A DNA stretch of 64,000 nt from Octopus vulgaris. Its lineage: Eukaryota. This document shows positions 63,179-64,000 of the stretch, one piece after another. Under the pieces are notes generated by a model that saw nothing but the letters and a program-made list of their open reading frames with translations, made no database searches and was not told the origin of the DNA. Made by a program: the position numbers and the translations under genes. The DNA lies in NCBI GenBank assembly GCA_951406725.2, contig OX597821.1, positions 68,944,001 through 69,008,000 of the forward strand, given 5' to 3'. The stretch's first letter is position 1. Every line of letters starts with the position of its first letter.

Positions 63179-64000
63179 ATTTTGTCTGGTGTTCTACAAA
63201 TCCTGACATCCGTTGCATTAATGAACCAAAGAGGAAGCCCCTATGTGGTCATTCAACCTGTTGAAAATATTGACTGAATCTTCTTCATACTGCCTCTAAC
63301 CATTTCAACCATCTTCAGAAAGGAAAGACACATTAGATTATTTACTTCTAGGTACACTGTGTCTGAATAAAAAATAGGATTGTCAGGATAGGAACACTTT
63401 TGGCAATAGGTCTGCTGGATGAGATTTTAAACAACAATAACATCAATCCATTGCTTTTGAGACTTACTAAAAGTTTATATATTAGTGACAGAGGTAGTAT
63501 TATTAATTGAGAGCCCCTTCGGTCATGACTGACCGTGGGATTGCACCTAGAAAGTTACCCTCTCAGACACAAGTCCGGGCAAGGTTGCTTATGGAAGACC
63601 AGCAAAAGCCCATGCATACTGGCCTCCCCTCTCCACGCCACCAGTGTTATCCAAGGGAAAGACAACAGTAGACACAGCTTGGCACCTGTGATGTTGCAAC
63701 TCATTTCTACAGCTGAGTGAACTGGAGCAATGTGAAATAAAGTGTCTTGCTCAAGAACACAACACGGAGATTGTCCGGGATTCGAACTCACAACTTCACA
63801 ACCGTAAGCTCGATGCTCTAACCCCTGAGCCATGCACCTTCACAATATTAATACTAAGAGGTAATATCTATCCTCATTTAAACATGGATGTTCTGTTGGA
63901 ACAAACTATACTGTGGTAAATGACAAGAGAAACTTGCATATTGGCTTTTGGTGCACAATGCACGCTTGTTTATATCACTAGTAGGGAGATAAGTCCCTGC

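Overview
AT-rich, microsatellite- and transposon-saturated animal DNA. The SINE families look like those of Octopus (inferred from repeat recognition, not verified). I see no complete host gene. There is a probable two-exon 5' start of an unidentified gene (20640->19366, minus) and a few weaker exon candidates. The only long ORF is a young, 5'-truncated CR1-clade LINE (52142-54678, minus) nested in an R4/Dong-type LINE remnant. The rest is decayed mariner, maT-like and Helitron transposons, non-autonomous Helitrons with canonical TC...CTAG ends, mariner and piggyBac-type MITEs, RTE remnants, tRNA-derived SINEs and Penelope-like (PLE) RT and GIY-YIG fragments. The most striking signal is about 15 type I hammerhead-ribozyme-like motifs (CUGANGA-stem II-GAAA-mostly palindromic helix III-NUH) from many unrelated short repeats, often as head-to-head inverted pairs. 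One family (33487-33976, 62820-63178, relative at about 14512-14725) joins a tRNA-like Pol III head to an (AAT)n spacer and a minimal hammerhead and carries target-site duplications. It is a candidate ribozyme-bearing SINE or retrozyme mobilised by Penelope-like elements. All ribozyme calls are by eye and untested.
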